In this document: one piece after another, positions 21,080 to 29,639 of the stretch
How positions within the stretch are numbered: the stretch's first letter is position 1
How the letters are laid out: the number at the start of each line of letters is the position of its first letter
Assembly: GCA_947629825.1 (NCBI GenBank)
Contig: CANRFF010000002.1
Coordinates: 25,875 to 89,874 of the forward strand
Reading direction: 5' to 3'
Length of the DNA: 64,000 nt
From: an uncultured Anaeroplasmataceae bacterium
GTDB lineage: Bacteria > Bacillota_I > Bacilli_A > Acholeplasmatales > Anaeroplasmataceae
Made by a program: the position numbers and the translations under genes
Notes under the pieces: generated by a model
Databases searched by the model: none
The model's input: the letters and a program-made list of their open reading frames with translations, nothing else
Told to the model about the DNA's origin: nothing

Positions 21080-22107
21080 AAATGATACGTTCGATTTACG
21101 GAGTTACGGAAGAGCAGTTAAAACAATACTTTACGGATCGAAATCAAAAACCGTTTCGTTCCGCTCAGATTTTCGAGTGGGTTTATCGGCACCGGATTCA
21201 TCATTTCCGGGAAATGACCAATATCAAAAAAGAAGTCATCGAGCAACTGGAAAAAGATTTTTCTTTGGATCGTCTGACGTTGGTTGTTCATCAGCAAAGC
21301 AAAGATGAAACCAATAAATTTCTTTTTCGCCTGCAGGACGGAAACTTGATTGAAACGGTGTTGATGAAACACGATTACGGATACAGCGTATGTGTTACCA
21401 GCCAAGTCGGATGCAATATGGGATGTGCATTCTGCGCTTCCGGAATGCGAAAAAAAAGAAGAAATCTCGAACCGTTTGAAATGGTTCTGCAGATTCTTAC
21501 GGTAAGCGAACTCATCGGCGTGCGAATTTCTCACGTGGTGGTGATGGGAATCGGCGAACCGTTTGACAACTATGACAACGTCCTTTCTTTTTTGCAGATC
21601 ATCAATCATCCGAAAGGGTTGGAAATCGGCGCTCGGCACATTACCGTTTCCACTTGCGGAATCGTTCCGAAAATTTATGAATATGCCGAATTCGGCTTAC
21701 AGGTGAATTTGGCCATCAGTTTGCATGCGGCGAGCGATGTTTTGCGTTCTTCATTGATGAAAATCAATCGGGTGTATTCTCTGGAAGACTTGAAAAAGGC
21801 CATTCGCTTTTATATTCAAAAAACGAATCGAAGAATCACACTGGAATATATTTTATTGAAAGATGTCAATGATTCTTTGACATCGGCACGGGAACTGGCG
21901 GATTGGATAGAGGATATGAATGTTTATGTCAATCTGATTCCGTATAACGAAGTCAAAGAAAAGCCGTTTTCCCGTTCCGAAACGGAAACGATGAGAAGGT
22001 TCTTCGACTACTTGTGCAAAAGAAGAATCAATGTAACGATGAGACGAGAACAGGGATTCGATATCGATGCGGCTTGCGGACAATTAAGAAGCAAACACAT
22101 TTCCTGA
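21076..22107 (+). CDS. rlmN: 23S rRNA/tRNA adenine-C2 methyltransferase RlmN (radical SAM)
   Basis: GCNMGCAFCASG radical-SAM cluster motif and the MGIGEP block. Confidence 0.93.
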   Translation: MKMIRSIYGVTEEQLKQYFTDRNQKPFRSAQIFEWVYRHRIHHFREMTNIKKEVIEQLEKDFSLDRLTLVVHQQSKDETNKFLFRLQDGNLIETVLMKHDYGYSVCVTSQVGCNMGCAFCASGMRKKRRNLEPFEMVLQILTVSELIGVRISHVVVMGIGEPFDNYDNVLSFLQIINHPKGLEIGARHITVSTCGIVPKIYEYAEFGLQVNLAISLHAASDVLRSSLMKINRVYSLEDLKKAIRFYIQKTNRRITLEYILLKDVNDSLTSARELADWIEDMNVYVNLIPYNEVKEKPFSRSETETMRRFFDYLCKRRINVTMRREQGFDIDAACGQLRSKHIS

Positions 22108-22135
22108 AGGTATCTTCGATTAGATACCTTTTTTT
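22108..22135 (+). terminator. Rho-independent terminator after rlmN
   Basis: AGGTATCT (22108-22115) pairs with AGATACCT (22122-22129), followed by TTTTTT. Confidence 0.75.
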
Positions 22136-22163
22136 GGTTTATACTATAAATGGTGATAAAGTC

Positions 22164-23039
22164 ATGAAGTGGATTTTCCGTTTGTGGTATCTGATTTTGT
22201 TGATCGTGGTGTTATGGTGTTATTTTTTATGGATTTCTCCGAGAATTTTTTCTTCCGAAACGGTTTTAATGCCCGATGTGATCGGGTTTTCGGAAGAACA
22301 AACCGTTCAATTATTAAAAGATCGGCATTTGAAGTATCAGATTACTTATATGCAGAATGACGAAGAAGTCACTTTGAAAACCGTTCCGTCGGCGGAAATC
22401 AAAATCAAAAAAGATGATGTGATTCAACTGTATATCGGAAAAGTTTTTCCGGCGACATACCACAGTTATTTGGGACAAAAATATGAAGATGTCGAACAGG
22501 CAATCGAACAACTCTGCGAAAAACATGGGATTCGTCTTCAGTTACTCTACGAACAAAAAGACGACGTGATTGGCGGTTTGATTGTGGAAGAATCCCTCTC
22601 CGACGGCGATATTTTACGGGAAAAAGATTTCCTGACGTTGACGATTTCCGTCAATGACTCTTATTTTTCCATGCCGAATCTGGTGGGAATGAATATACTG
22701 GAAGCCCTTCGGATACTGGAGTCGTACCAAATCGAGGCGAAAATCAATTATTACAGTGCGCCGATGCCGGAAGATACGGTTTTGTTTCAATCGATTGCGA
22801 AAGATACGATTATCAGAAAAAACAATCCATATCAGATGACTCTGTATGTCTCGAAAGGGTTGAATTTATCAACGGTATCTGATCCTTATGAATTGGAAGA
22901 ACTTCTGGTGTTTTTGGGGTATGAAGTAGAAGTTTTTCCGGTAATTTCCAATGAAATTCCGAATAAATTAGTTGCGTTTCAAGTCCAAAAGTTATATGAT
23001 AATAATAAGTTGAAATATATTCTTTGGATAACCGAATAG
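22164..23039 (+). CDS. Membrane-anchored PASTA-repeat protein lacking any kinase domain
   Basis: One N-terminal TM segment, then three PASTA-like repeats: MPDVIGFSEEQ...LYIG; a central repeat ending LTISV; and MPNLVGMNILEA...LYVSKG. The start is ATG 22164. The longer ORF-track start would run through the rlmN terminator. Confidence 0.7.
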   Translation: MKWIFRLWYLILLIVVLWCYFLWISPRIFSSETVLMPDVIGFSEEQTVQLLKDRHLKYQITYMQNDEEVTLKTVPSAEIKIKKDDVIQLYIGKVFPATYHSYLGQKYEDVEQAIEQLCEKHGIRLQLLYEQKDDVIGGLIVEESLSDGDILREKDFLTLTISVNDSYFSMPNLVGMNILEALRILESYQIEAKINYYSAPMPEDTVLFQSIAKDTIIRKNNPYQMTLYVSKGLNLSTVSDPYELEELLVFLGYEVEVFPVISNEIPNKLVAFQVQKLYDNNKLKYILWITE

Positions 23040-23047
23040 GAGATTTT

Positions 23048-23965
23048 ATGTTAAAAGGAAGAATTGTCAACATCGTGGGAAATATTTTTAAGGTTTATGC
23101 GGAAGACGGAAAAACGTATTCCATTCCGGCCAGAGGCAAATTCCGTTATGTCAAAGTCCGTTCCGTCAATGAAAACAGCCCCAGCAAAAAAGAAGAAAAC
23201 AGATATCGGGAGCTGAAAATCAAAGTGGGCGATTTTGTCGAAATCAAAGACGGAAGAATCGAAAGCATTGCCGAACGGAAAAACGAACTGATTCGTCCGG
23301 AAATTGCGAACGTCGATCAGATTTTATTGGTATTCTCCGCCAAAGAACCGACGTTTTCCTGTTATTTGTTGGACATGTTTATCGTCAATATTCTGCGTCA
23401 TCGGATGAAGCCTTGTATCGTGATTACCAAAATCGACAAATGCGAACCAAACGAATTGGAAGATTTGCGAAAAACGGCGAAATACTATGAGAGTTTGGGC
23501 TATCCCGTTTGTCTGGTGGATAGTTTACATCAAGTGGGATTGGATCGGGTACGAAAGATCTTGGAAAAGAAAGTAACGATCTTATCCGGTCAAACGGGGG
23601 CCGGAAAATCGACGTTGATCAATGCCCTGATTCCCGGATTTCAGTTGGAAACACAGGAAATTTCTTTGGCACTCGGCAGAGGGAAACACACGACAAGACA
23701 GACACATCTTTATGCGTATGCGGACGGTTGGATCGGAGATACTCCGGGTTTTTCCAAATTGGAATTACATCAAATCTCCCAACGGGAATTACGGAATTAT
23801 TTTGTCGAATTCGAACAATATCCGTGTCGGTTCAAAGATTGTCTTCATCAAAGTTCCGCCAAAGATTGCGGAGTTCGCAACGCCGTTATCGACGGGAAAA
23901 TTCTTTCTTCCCGATATGCGAATTATTTGAAATTATTGGAAGATCTCAAGAGTAAGGAGTGGTAA
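23048..23965 (+). CDS. rsgA: Ribosome small-subunit biogenesis GTPase RsgA
   Basis: Circularly permuted GTPase: TKIDK precedes GQTGAGKSTLINAL. The C-terminal zinc motif is CRFKDCLH...CGV. Confidence 0.93.
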   Translation: MLKGRIVNIVGNIFKVYAEDGKTYSIPARGKFRYVKVRSVNENSPSKKEENRYRELKIKVGDFVEIKDGRIESIAERKNELIRPEIANVDQILLVFSAKEPTFSCYLLDMFIVNILRHRMKPCIVITKIDKCEPNELEDLRKTAKYYESLGYPVCLVDSLHQVGLDRVRKILEKKVTILSGQTGAGKSTLINALIPGFQLETQEISLALGRGKHTTRQTHLYAYADGWIGDTPGFSKLELHQISQRELRNYFVEFEQYPCRFKDCLHQSSAKDCGVRNAVIDGKILSSRYANYLKLLEDLKSKEW

Positions 23966-23966
23966 T

Positions 23967-24623
23967 ATGGACGTTTCCCTATCGATTTTGACCATTGATT
24001 ATGCGAAAATTCAGGAAAGTTTGGCACCGTTGGAAGAAGCATATACACATTTGCATATGGATGTGATGGACGGCGTTTTCGTTTCTAAAATCTCTTTCGG
24101 ATCCGATTTGATTGCGAGTCTGAGAAAAACAACGAACATTCCGATCGATACGCATTTGATGATTGTCGAACCGGAAAAACATATCGAAGATTTTGCGAAA
24201 GCGGGAAGCGATATGATTACATTTCATATCGAGGCCACCGAAAAAGTTTCGCAAACGATCGATTTGATCCGTTCTTTTCATCTCCAAGTCGGAATTGCTC
24301 TCAATCCGGAAACGCCGATATCCAAAATCGAACCGTATCTTTCAAAGGTCGATCTGGTTTTGGTCATGTCGGTTCATCCGGGATATGGGGGACAGAAATT
24401 CATTCCTTCCGTTGTTGAAAAGCTGAAATCTTTAAAAGACTTGAAAAAGAAGAAACAACTTCGTTTCAGAATCAGTGTCGACGGCGGAATCAACAATGAA
24501 ACGATTCTTGCGGTTCAACCCTATGCGGATATGGTGGTCAGCGGTTCTTACATATTGAAAAATGCTCATCCCAAAGAAGAATTGCTCAAATGGAAGCATA
24601 TCTTTCCGTCGGATGCGATATAA
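23967..24623 (+). CDS. rpe: Ribulose-phosphate 3-epimerase
   Basis: LHMDVMDG, MSVHPGYGGQKF and VDGGIN motifs. Confidence 0.93.
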   Translation: MDVSLSILTIDYAKIQESLAPLEEAYTHLHMDVMDGVFVSKISFGSDLIASLRKTTNIPIDTHLMIVEPEKHIEDFAKAGSDMITFHIEATEKVSQTIDLIRSFHLQVGIALNPETPISKIEPYLSKVDLVLVMSVHPGYGGQKFIPSVVEKLKSLKDLKKKKQLRFRISVDGGINNETILAVQPYADMVVSGSYILKNAHPKEELLKWKHIFPSDAI

Positions 24624-24726
24624 TGGAATAAGGTGATAAAAATCAAAATATTTGTGATTACCCTTCCCAATTTTATTGTCCGTTTTCTTTCTTTTTTTCG
24701 GGGAAGAAAACAGAAAAAAGAAAAGT

Positions 24727-24761
24727 AGAAATGATGAATTTCATGATTTCTATTTTTTTTT
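24727..24761 (+). terminator. Rho-independent terminator after rpe
   Basis: AGAAATGATG (24727-24736) pairs with CATGATTTCT (24742-24751) with one mismatch, followed by a T-run. Confidence 0.55.
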
Positions 24762-24772
24762 GCGAAAAAGGG

Positions 24773-24823
24773 TTGACAGTTGAATGGTTATTCAACTATA
24801 ATAATAATTGAACAGTCATTCAA
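24773..24823 (+). promoter_or_regulatory. Promoter with two ArsR/SmtB-type palindromic operators
   Basis: TTGACA (24773-24778), an 18-nt spacer, then TATAAT (24797-24802). Operator 1, TTGAATGGTTATTCAA (24780-24795), lies between -35 and -10. Operator 2, TTGAACAGTCATTCAA (24808-24823), lies just downstream of -10. Confidence 0.7.
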
Positions 24824-24840
24824 CTGTCAGGAGGTTTTGA

Positions 24841-25203
24841 ATGGAAACTTGCGAAATCACCGTAGTGCATAAGGAAATTGTCAAAGAAGTCCGAAAAATT
24901 ATGCCGAAAGAAGAAGATCTCTACGAGATTGCCGAATTGTTCAAGGTGTTCGGCGACAGCACGAGAACAAGGATTTTATCGGCACTGTTCGAGCATGAAT
25001 TATGTGTCTGCGATATCGGAAAAGTCGTGAATATGACCAAATCGGCGGTATCTCATCAATTGAGAGTTTTGAAAGATGCGAATCTGGTCAAAGGTAGAAA
25101 GTCCGGAAAAGAAGTTTTTTATTCTCTGGCGGATGAACATGTTGTTATGATTTACCGGATGGCTTTGGAACATGTACGGGAAGAAAGAGAGGGTTTGAAA
25201 TGA
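24841..25203 (+). CDS. ArsR/SmtB-family metalloregulator (CadC-like)
   Basis: ELCVCDI alpha3 Cys pair plus an N-terminal Cys4, and the winged-HTH segment SAVSHQLRVLK. Confidence 0.85.
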   Translation: METCEITVVHKEIVKEVRKIMPKEEDLYEIAELFKVFGDSTRTRILSALFEHELCVCDIGKVVNMTKSAVSHQLRVLKDANLVKGRKSGKEVFYSLADEHVVMIYRMALEHVREEREGLK

Positions 25204-25421
25204 AAAAAACAGTAAAATTTACAGGGATTGATTGTGCCAACTGTGCGGCCAAATTGGAAAAAGCGCTGAATAAGATCGACGGAGTGGTAAGTGCTCAGTT
25301 GAATTTTATGGCGGAAAGAGCGGTATTCGAATTGGTTGATGACCATGCGGAAGAAACCGTAGCGGAAATCCGGAAAGTGGCTCGCAAATTGGAACCGGAA
25401 TGCGAATTTAAGGGGCTTTGA
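25200..25421 (+). CDS. Stand-alone heavy-metal-associated (HMA) domain protein
   Basis: FTGIDCANCAAKLEKAL is the Cys-x-x-Cys ferredoxin-like domain that normally forms the N-terminus of CadA-type ATPases. Confidence 0.75.
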   Translation: MKKTVKFTGIDCANCAAKLEKALNKIDGVVSAQLNFMAERAVFELVDDHAEETVAEIRKVARKLEPECEFKGL

Positions 25422-25425
25422 TTGG

Positions 25426-27285
25426 ATGTTGGATCGCAAAAATAAAAACAGACTGATTCGTATTGCGGTTTCACTTTTGATTTTTCTTCCGGTTTTCATT
25501 TTGGATTTATGTTTGTCGTTGAATGAATTTTTGGTCTTGGCACTGACGCTGTGTTCTTATTTGATTGTCGGATATGATGTGATTTTAAAATCACTTCGCA
25601 ATATGAAAAATCTGCGTTTTCTGGATGAAAATTTTTTGATGTTGGTGGCGACGGTCGGAGCCTTTGCGGTTCGGGAATACTTAGAAGCGGTCGCGGTTAT
25701 GATTTTTTATCAAATCGGGGAGTTTTTTCAGGATTATGCGGTGGCCAGATCCCGAAAATCGATTGCGAATTTGATGGACATTCGTCCGGAGTCGGCAACG
25801 GTGGTTTCCGGTGAAGAAGAGAAAGTCGTGGATCCGGAAGAAATCGAAATCGGGGATATCATTCGTATCAAAGCCGGTGAAAAGATTCCCGTAGACGGAA
25901 TCGTTTTAAACGGAACGACGAATCTGGATATGAAAGCATTGACGGGAGAATCGCTTCCGAAAGAAGTGGCCGAAGGCGATGAAGTTTTAAGCGGAAGTAT
26001 CAATATGGACGCCGTGATCGAAATTCGGGCAACCAAACCGTATTTTGATTCCACGGTGGCGAAAATTTTGGATTTGGTTCAGAATGTTTCCGGGAAAAAA
26101 GCCAAGTCCGAAAATTTCATTACGAAATTTGCCGCCATATATACTCCGGCGGTGGTTCTCGGAGCGATTTTACTGGCAGTGATTCCTCCGTGTGTGGATG
26201 GGTTGTGGCAACAGTGGATTTTCCGAGCATTGACTTTTTTGGTTGTCAGCTGTCCTTGTGCGCTGGTGATCAGCGTTCCGTTATCCTTTTTTTCCGGCAT
26301 TGGCGGGGCTTCGAAAGAAGGAATTCTGATCAAAGGCGGAAATTATGTGGAGGCGTTGAACAAAGCGAATATTTTTGTGTTTGACAAAACGGGAACATTG
26401 ACCAAAGGAGAATTCGAAGTTGTGGAGGTTTGTGCGGCAAGCGATAGTTCGGAAGAAGAAGTTCTTCGGTTGGCTGCGGCGGTGGAAAAATCTTCCAATC
26501 ATCCGATTGCAAGAAGCATTCTGCGAAAAGTTTCCGACCTTCCTTCCGATTCTTTTTCCGTGGAAGAAGTGGCCGGTTGCGGATTGATTGCGACAAGCGA
26601 AGAGATGACTCTTTTGGTGGGAAATTCCAAATTGTTGGAGCAAAACGGAATTTCTTTTGAAGTGCCTTCGAAAGAAGGAAGTGTCGTTTATGTGGCCAGG
26701 AATCAAAAGTTTTTGGGAAGTATTGTCATTGCCGATGTGCCGAAAGAGGAATCGTACGAAACGATTCGTCTTTTGAATCAAATCGGAAAAACGGTAATGT
26801 TGACGGGCGATTCGTCTTCGGTTGCGACGAACATTGCCGGTCGGTTGGGGATTCAAGAGGTACATTCGGAATTGTTGCCTCAGGATAAAGTGAAACAAAT
26901 CGAAGAAATCATTTCTTCGAAAAAGGAAAAAGATGTCGTTTGTTTTGTCGGAGACGGAATCAATGATGCGCCGGTATTGATGCGAAGCGATATCGGAATT
27001 TCCATGGGCGGAATCGGTAGCGACAGTGCCATTGAGGCTTCCGACGTCGTTTTGATGTATGATCGGCTCGACGGGATTTTAACTGCCAAACGGATTTCCA
27101 AAAAGACCATTACGATTGTTTGGGAAAATATTGTTTTTGCGCTGGGAATCAAACTGTTGGTGTTGATTTTGAGTGCTTTGGGATATGCGAATATGTGGAT
27201 GGCGATTTTTGCGGATGTCGGGGTTGCGGTTTTGGCGATTCTCAATGCGATGCGCTGTCTGAAAATCAAAAATAAAAAAAGGTAG
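25426..27285 (+). CDS. Heavy-metal (Cd/Zn-type) P1B ATPase lacking an N-terminal metal-binding domain
   Basis: CPC motif in VVSCPCALVISVP, with DKTGTLT, GDGINDAP and a TM8 FADVGVAVLAILNAMR block. Confidence 0.9.
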   Translation: MLDRKNKNRLIRIAVSLLIFLPVFILDLCLSLNEFLVLALTLCSYLIVGYDVILKSLRNMKNLRFLDENFLMLVATVGAFAVREYLEAVAVMIFYQIGEFFQDYAVARSRKSIANLMDIRPESATVVSGEEEKVVDPEEIEIGDIIRIKAGEKIPVDGIVLNGTTNLDMKALTGESLPKEVAEGDEVLSGSINMDAVIEIRATKPYFDSTVAKILDLVQNVSGKKAKSENFITKFAAIYTPAVVLGAILLAVIPPCVDGLWQQWIFRALTFLVVSCPCALVISVPLSFFSGIGGASKEGILIKGGNYVEALNKANIFVFDKTGTLTKGEFEVVEVCAASDSSEEEVLRLAAAVEKSSNHPIARSILRKVSDLPSDSFSVEEVAGCGLIATSEEMTLLVGNSKLLEQNGISFEVPSKEGSVVYVARNQKFLGSIVIADVPKEESYETIRLLNQIGKTVMLTGDSSSVATNIAGRLGIQEVHSELLPQDKVKQIEEIISSKKEKDVVCFVGDGINDAPVLMRSDIGISMGGIGSDSAIEASDVVLMYDRLDGILTAKRISKKTITIVWENIVFALGIKLLVLILSALGYANMWMAIFADVGVAVLAILNAMRCLKIKNKKR

Positions 27286-27300
27286 TCCGAGATAGAAAAA

Positions 27301-27371
27301 AATAGACCCTATAAAGCAGACACCAATAAAAAGGTGCAGATTCTGCTTTGTAGGGTCTATTTTAGTTTTTT
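27301..27371 (+). terminator. Long hairpin / terminator after the ATPase gene
   Basis: A 20-bp stem pairs 27301-27320 with 27342-27361, with one G-U pair. The loop contains a CACC/GGTG mini-hairpin. The element is followed by TTAGTTTTTTT. Confidence 0.65.
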
Positions 27372-27394
27372 TCCGGGACTTCCCTTTATTGTGA

Positions 27395-27424
27395 GAAAAA
27401 GAAAACCCTGTTTCAGACAGGGAA
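27395..27424 (-). terminator. Rho-independent terminator of rpmB
   Basis: On the minus strand, CCCTGT pairs with ACAGGG (27406-27422) and is followed by TTTTCTTTTTC. Confidence 0.7.
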
Positions 27425-27433
27425 TCATCAAAA

Positions 27434-27622
27434 TTATGCTCTTTCGAAATTCGCTTTTTTCATTGCTCTTGCGGAAACCTTGACTTTTTTGACATGTCCG
27501 TTTTCATCTTTGATATGTACGGTCTGAAGGTTTGCCTTCCAAGTACGGCGAGTTGCATTTAAAGCGTGAGATCTTTTATTCCCTGTGATGGTTGTTTTTC
27601 CGGTAATATAACATTTAGCCAT
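27434..27622 (-). CDS. rpmB: 50S ribosomal protein L28
   Basis: 62 aa: [33 protein letters not shown]. Confidence 0.97.
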   Translation of the reverse strand: MAKCYITGKTTITGNKRSHALNATRRTWKANLQTVHIKDENGHVKKVKVSARAMKKANFERA

Positions 27623-27665
27623 TTTTATGCCTCCTTACGATAAAATAAAATTATCCAGCCTTTTT

Positions 27666-27694
27666 AGTATACCTTAAAAAAAAGATAATTGCAA
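27666..27694 (-). promoter_or_regulatory. Sigma-A promoter of rpmB
   Basis: On the minus strand: TTGCAA (27694-27689), a 17-nt spacer, then TATACT (27671-27666). Confidence 0.6.
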
Positions 27695-27741
27695 GTCATT
27701 TTTGATATTTTGAAAAAGTTTCTCGATTTGTACGCTAAAAT

Positions 27742-27833
27742 TTGACATTTCTTTGAAAAATTGGTATATTGATAGTCGTTGCATTAGGAAAATGTAATTT
27801 ATATTTTACTTTTTGTCTCGAGAATGGTATAAT
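27742..27833 (+). promoter_or_regulatory. Tandem candidate promoters upstream of yloV
   Basis: P1 is TTGACA (27742-27747), 17 nt, then TGgTATATT (27762-27770). P2 is TTTACT (27805-27810), 17 nt, then TGgTATAAT (27825-27833). Confidence 0.5.
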
Positions 27834-27941
27834 GTTAAATGTAGTTAACATTTTAACTCGGAAAGAAGAGATATTTAAACGGAAAACGTCAGGCAGAGTT
27901 TATTCTGTCGAAATCATAATCACAATTTCAGGAGGATTAAA

Positions 27942-29573
27942 ATGGTTGTTAGAAGTGTCAATATTGGTCTTTTCAGAAAGATGGTAATGAATGGTGCAAT
28001 CAATTTAAAAAATAATCATAGTAAAATAGATGAATTAAATGTATTTCCGGTACCGGATGGAGATACCGGAACAAATATGTCCATGACAGTTATGTCGGGC
28101 GTTCGGGAAATGAATAGTTGTGGTTCCAGTTCCATTATCGAAGTCGGTAAAGTTTTGTCCCGGGGAGCATTGATGGGAGCCAGAGGAAATTCGGGAGTCA
28201 TTTTGTCTCAGTTTTTCCGTGGACTTTATGTGGGGATGAAAGATTTAACGCAGAACGAGTTGGGAATCGACGATTTGATGAAATGTCTGGAAACCGGTTA
28301 TCAGGTGGCATATAAAGCGGTTATGGAGCCGGTGGAAGGAACGATTCTGACGGTCGTTCGGGAAGCTGCCGAAAAAACCAAAGAAAATATGGAGCGGTTT
28401 GAGTCGATCAATGACTTGTTGAAATTCTATCATGATGAAGCGGAAAAGTCATTGGCAAACACCCCGAATTTATTGCCGGTATTGAAAGAAGCCGGCGTAG
28501 TGGATAGTGGCGGTGCCGGATTTTTGGAAATCGTCAAAGGAATGTTGATGGCCTTAGACGGAAAAATGTTGGAAGCACAGGAAGAAGCCAAAGACAGCGT
28601 TCCTTCTTCTTGCGAACCGGCGGAAAGCGAAATCAAATACAGTTATTCTACGGAATTTCTGTTGGAACTCAAATCGCCGGATACGTTTGACGAAAGCGTT
28701 ATGAAATCGGCATTGTCCTATCTGGGAGATCATTTGATGGTTTCTCAGAAAAATCAAACGTGTCAGGTTTATCTTCACACGGATCATCCGGGGCAGGCAT
28801 TGGAGTTGGCTCAGAAATTCGGTGAATTTACCGAATTGAAGATCGAAAATATGAAAAAATCAAACGGATCCCAAATGGAAAAGGATTCCCATACGGAACA
28901 AGCCCAACCGAGAAAACATTTCGCATTGATTGCCGCATGTTTCGGAGAAGGAATTTGTTCGACATTCAAGGATTTGGGAGTGGACTATATCATCGAAGGC
29001 GGACAGACGATGAATCCGTCTACCGAAGCGTTTCTGGAAGCGATCCGTCAGGTGAATGCCGACAATATCATCATCATACCGAACAACGGAAATGTCATTA
29101 TGGCCGCCAAACAGGCTGCGGAAATGGCCAAGGATTCTCAAGTGGAAGTTTTAAAGGCCAAGACGATTGCGCAAGGATATGTCTCTTTGATGAGTTTTGA
29201 TCCGGAAGTGGATATGGAAACCAACGTTACTACGATGGAAGAAGCGATTGCCCATGTGAAGTCCGGAGAATTGACTTATTCGATTCGGGATACCGAAATC
29301 GGCGGTATCAAGATTTCTTCCGGTGATTTTATGGGGATTTTCGATGGAGAAATCGTTGTGTCCACTCCGAATAGAGAAGATACATTGAAAGGTTTGTTGA
29401 AAACGATCATCGACGAAGACAGTCAGATTGTAACGTTCTTTTGCGGAAAAGATGTATCTTCACAGGAACTCAACGATTTGGAAGAAATCTGCAAAGATGT
29501 CAGTGAAGACGTCGAAGTGGAAATTATCGAAGGAAAACAAGATATTTATTCCTATATCATTGCGGTGGAATAA
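27942..29573 (+). CDS. yloV: DAK2-domain fusion protein YloV
   Basis: NVFPVPDGDTGTNM motif. The N-terminus is colinear with B. subtilis YloV, and the length is 543 aa. Confidence 0.9.
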   Translation: MVVRSVNIGLFRKMVMNGAINLKNNHSKIDELNVFPVPDGDTGTNMSMTVMSGVREMNSCGSSSIIEVGKVLSRGALMGARGNSGVILSQFFRGLYVGMKDLTQNELGIDDLMKCLETGYQVAYKAVMEPVEGTILTVVREAAEKTKENMERFESINDLLKFYHDEAEKSLANTPNLLPVLKEAGVVDSGGAGFLEIVKGMLMALDGKMLEAQEEAKDSVPSSCEPAESEIKYSYSTEFLLELKSPDTFDESVMKSALSYLGDHLMVSQKNQTCQVYLHTDHPGQALELAQKFGEFTELKIENMKKSNGSQMEKDSHTEQAQPRKHFALIAACFGEGICSTFKDLGVDYIIEGGQTMNPSTEAFLEAIRQVNADNIIIIPNNGNVIMAAKQAAEMAKDSQVEVLKAKTIAQGYVSLMSFDPEVDMETNVTTMEEAIAHVKSGELTYSIRDTEIGGIKISSGDFMGIFDGEIVVSTPNREDTLKGLLKTIIDEDSQIVTFFCGKDVSSQELNDLEEICKDVSEDVEVEIIEGKQDIYSYIIAVE

Positions 29574-29587
29574 AAAGTCTGACGACA

Positions 29588-29615
29588 AAGGGTTGGAGAA
29601 ATCCAACCTTTTTTC
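29588..29615 (+). terminator. Rho-independent terminator after yloV
   Basis: GGTTGGA (29591-29597) pairs with TCCAACC (29602-29608), followed by TTTTTT. Confidence 0.75.
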
Positions 29616-29639
29616 TTAAAAAGAAAGGAGAAAAATGCG

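Noticed and set aside
22014-22163. Longer N-terminal extension of the PASTA protein (ORF-track start at 22014)
   Set aside because: The extension overlaps the rlmN coding region in another frame and runs through the rlmN terminator hairpin. ATG 22164 gives a normal signal-anchor N-terminus.
24624-27433. Direct repeats or mobility genes flanking the metal-resistance cassette
   Set aside because: The only resemblance is a trivial T-run plus CGGG at both edges. No integrase, transposase or clear target duplication is visible, so no mobile element was called.
27623-27941. Search for a spoVM-like micro-ORF between rpmB and yloV, its position in B. subtilis
   Set aside because: No short ORF with an amphipathic MKFY...-like sequence or a credible RBS was found on either strand. 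The 72-aa track ORF (27769-27987) overlaps promoter elements and the yloV start.
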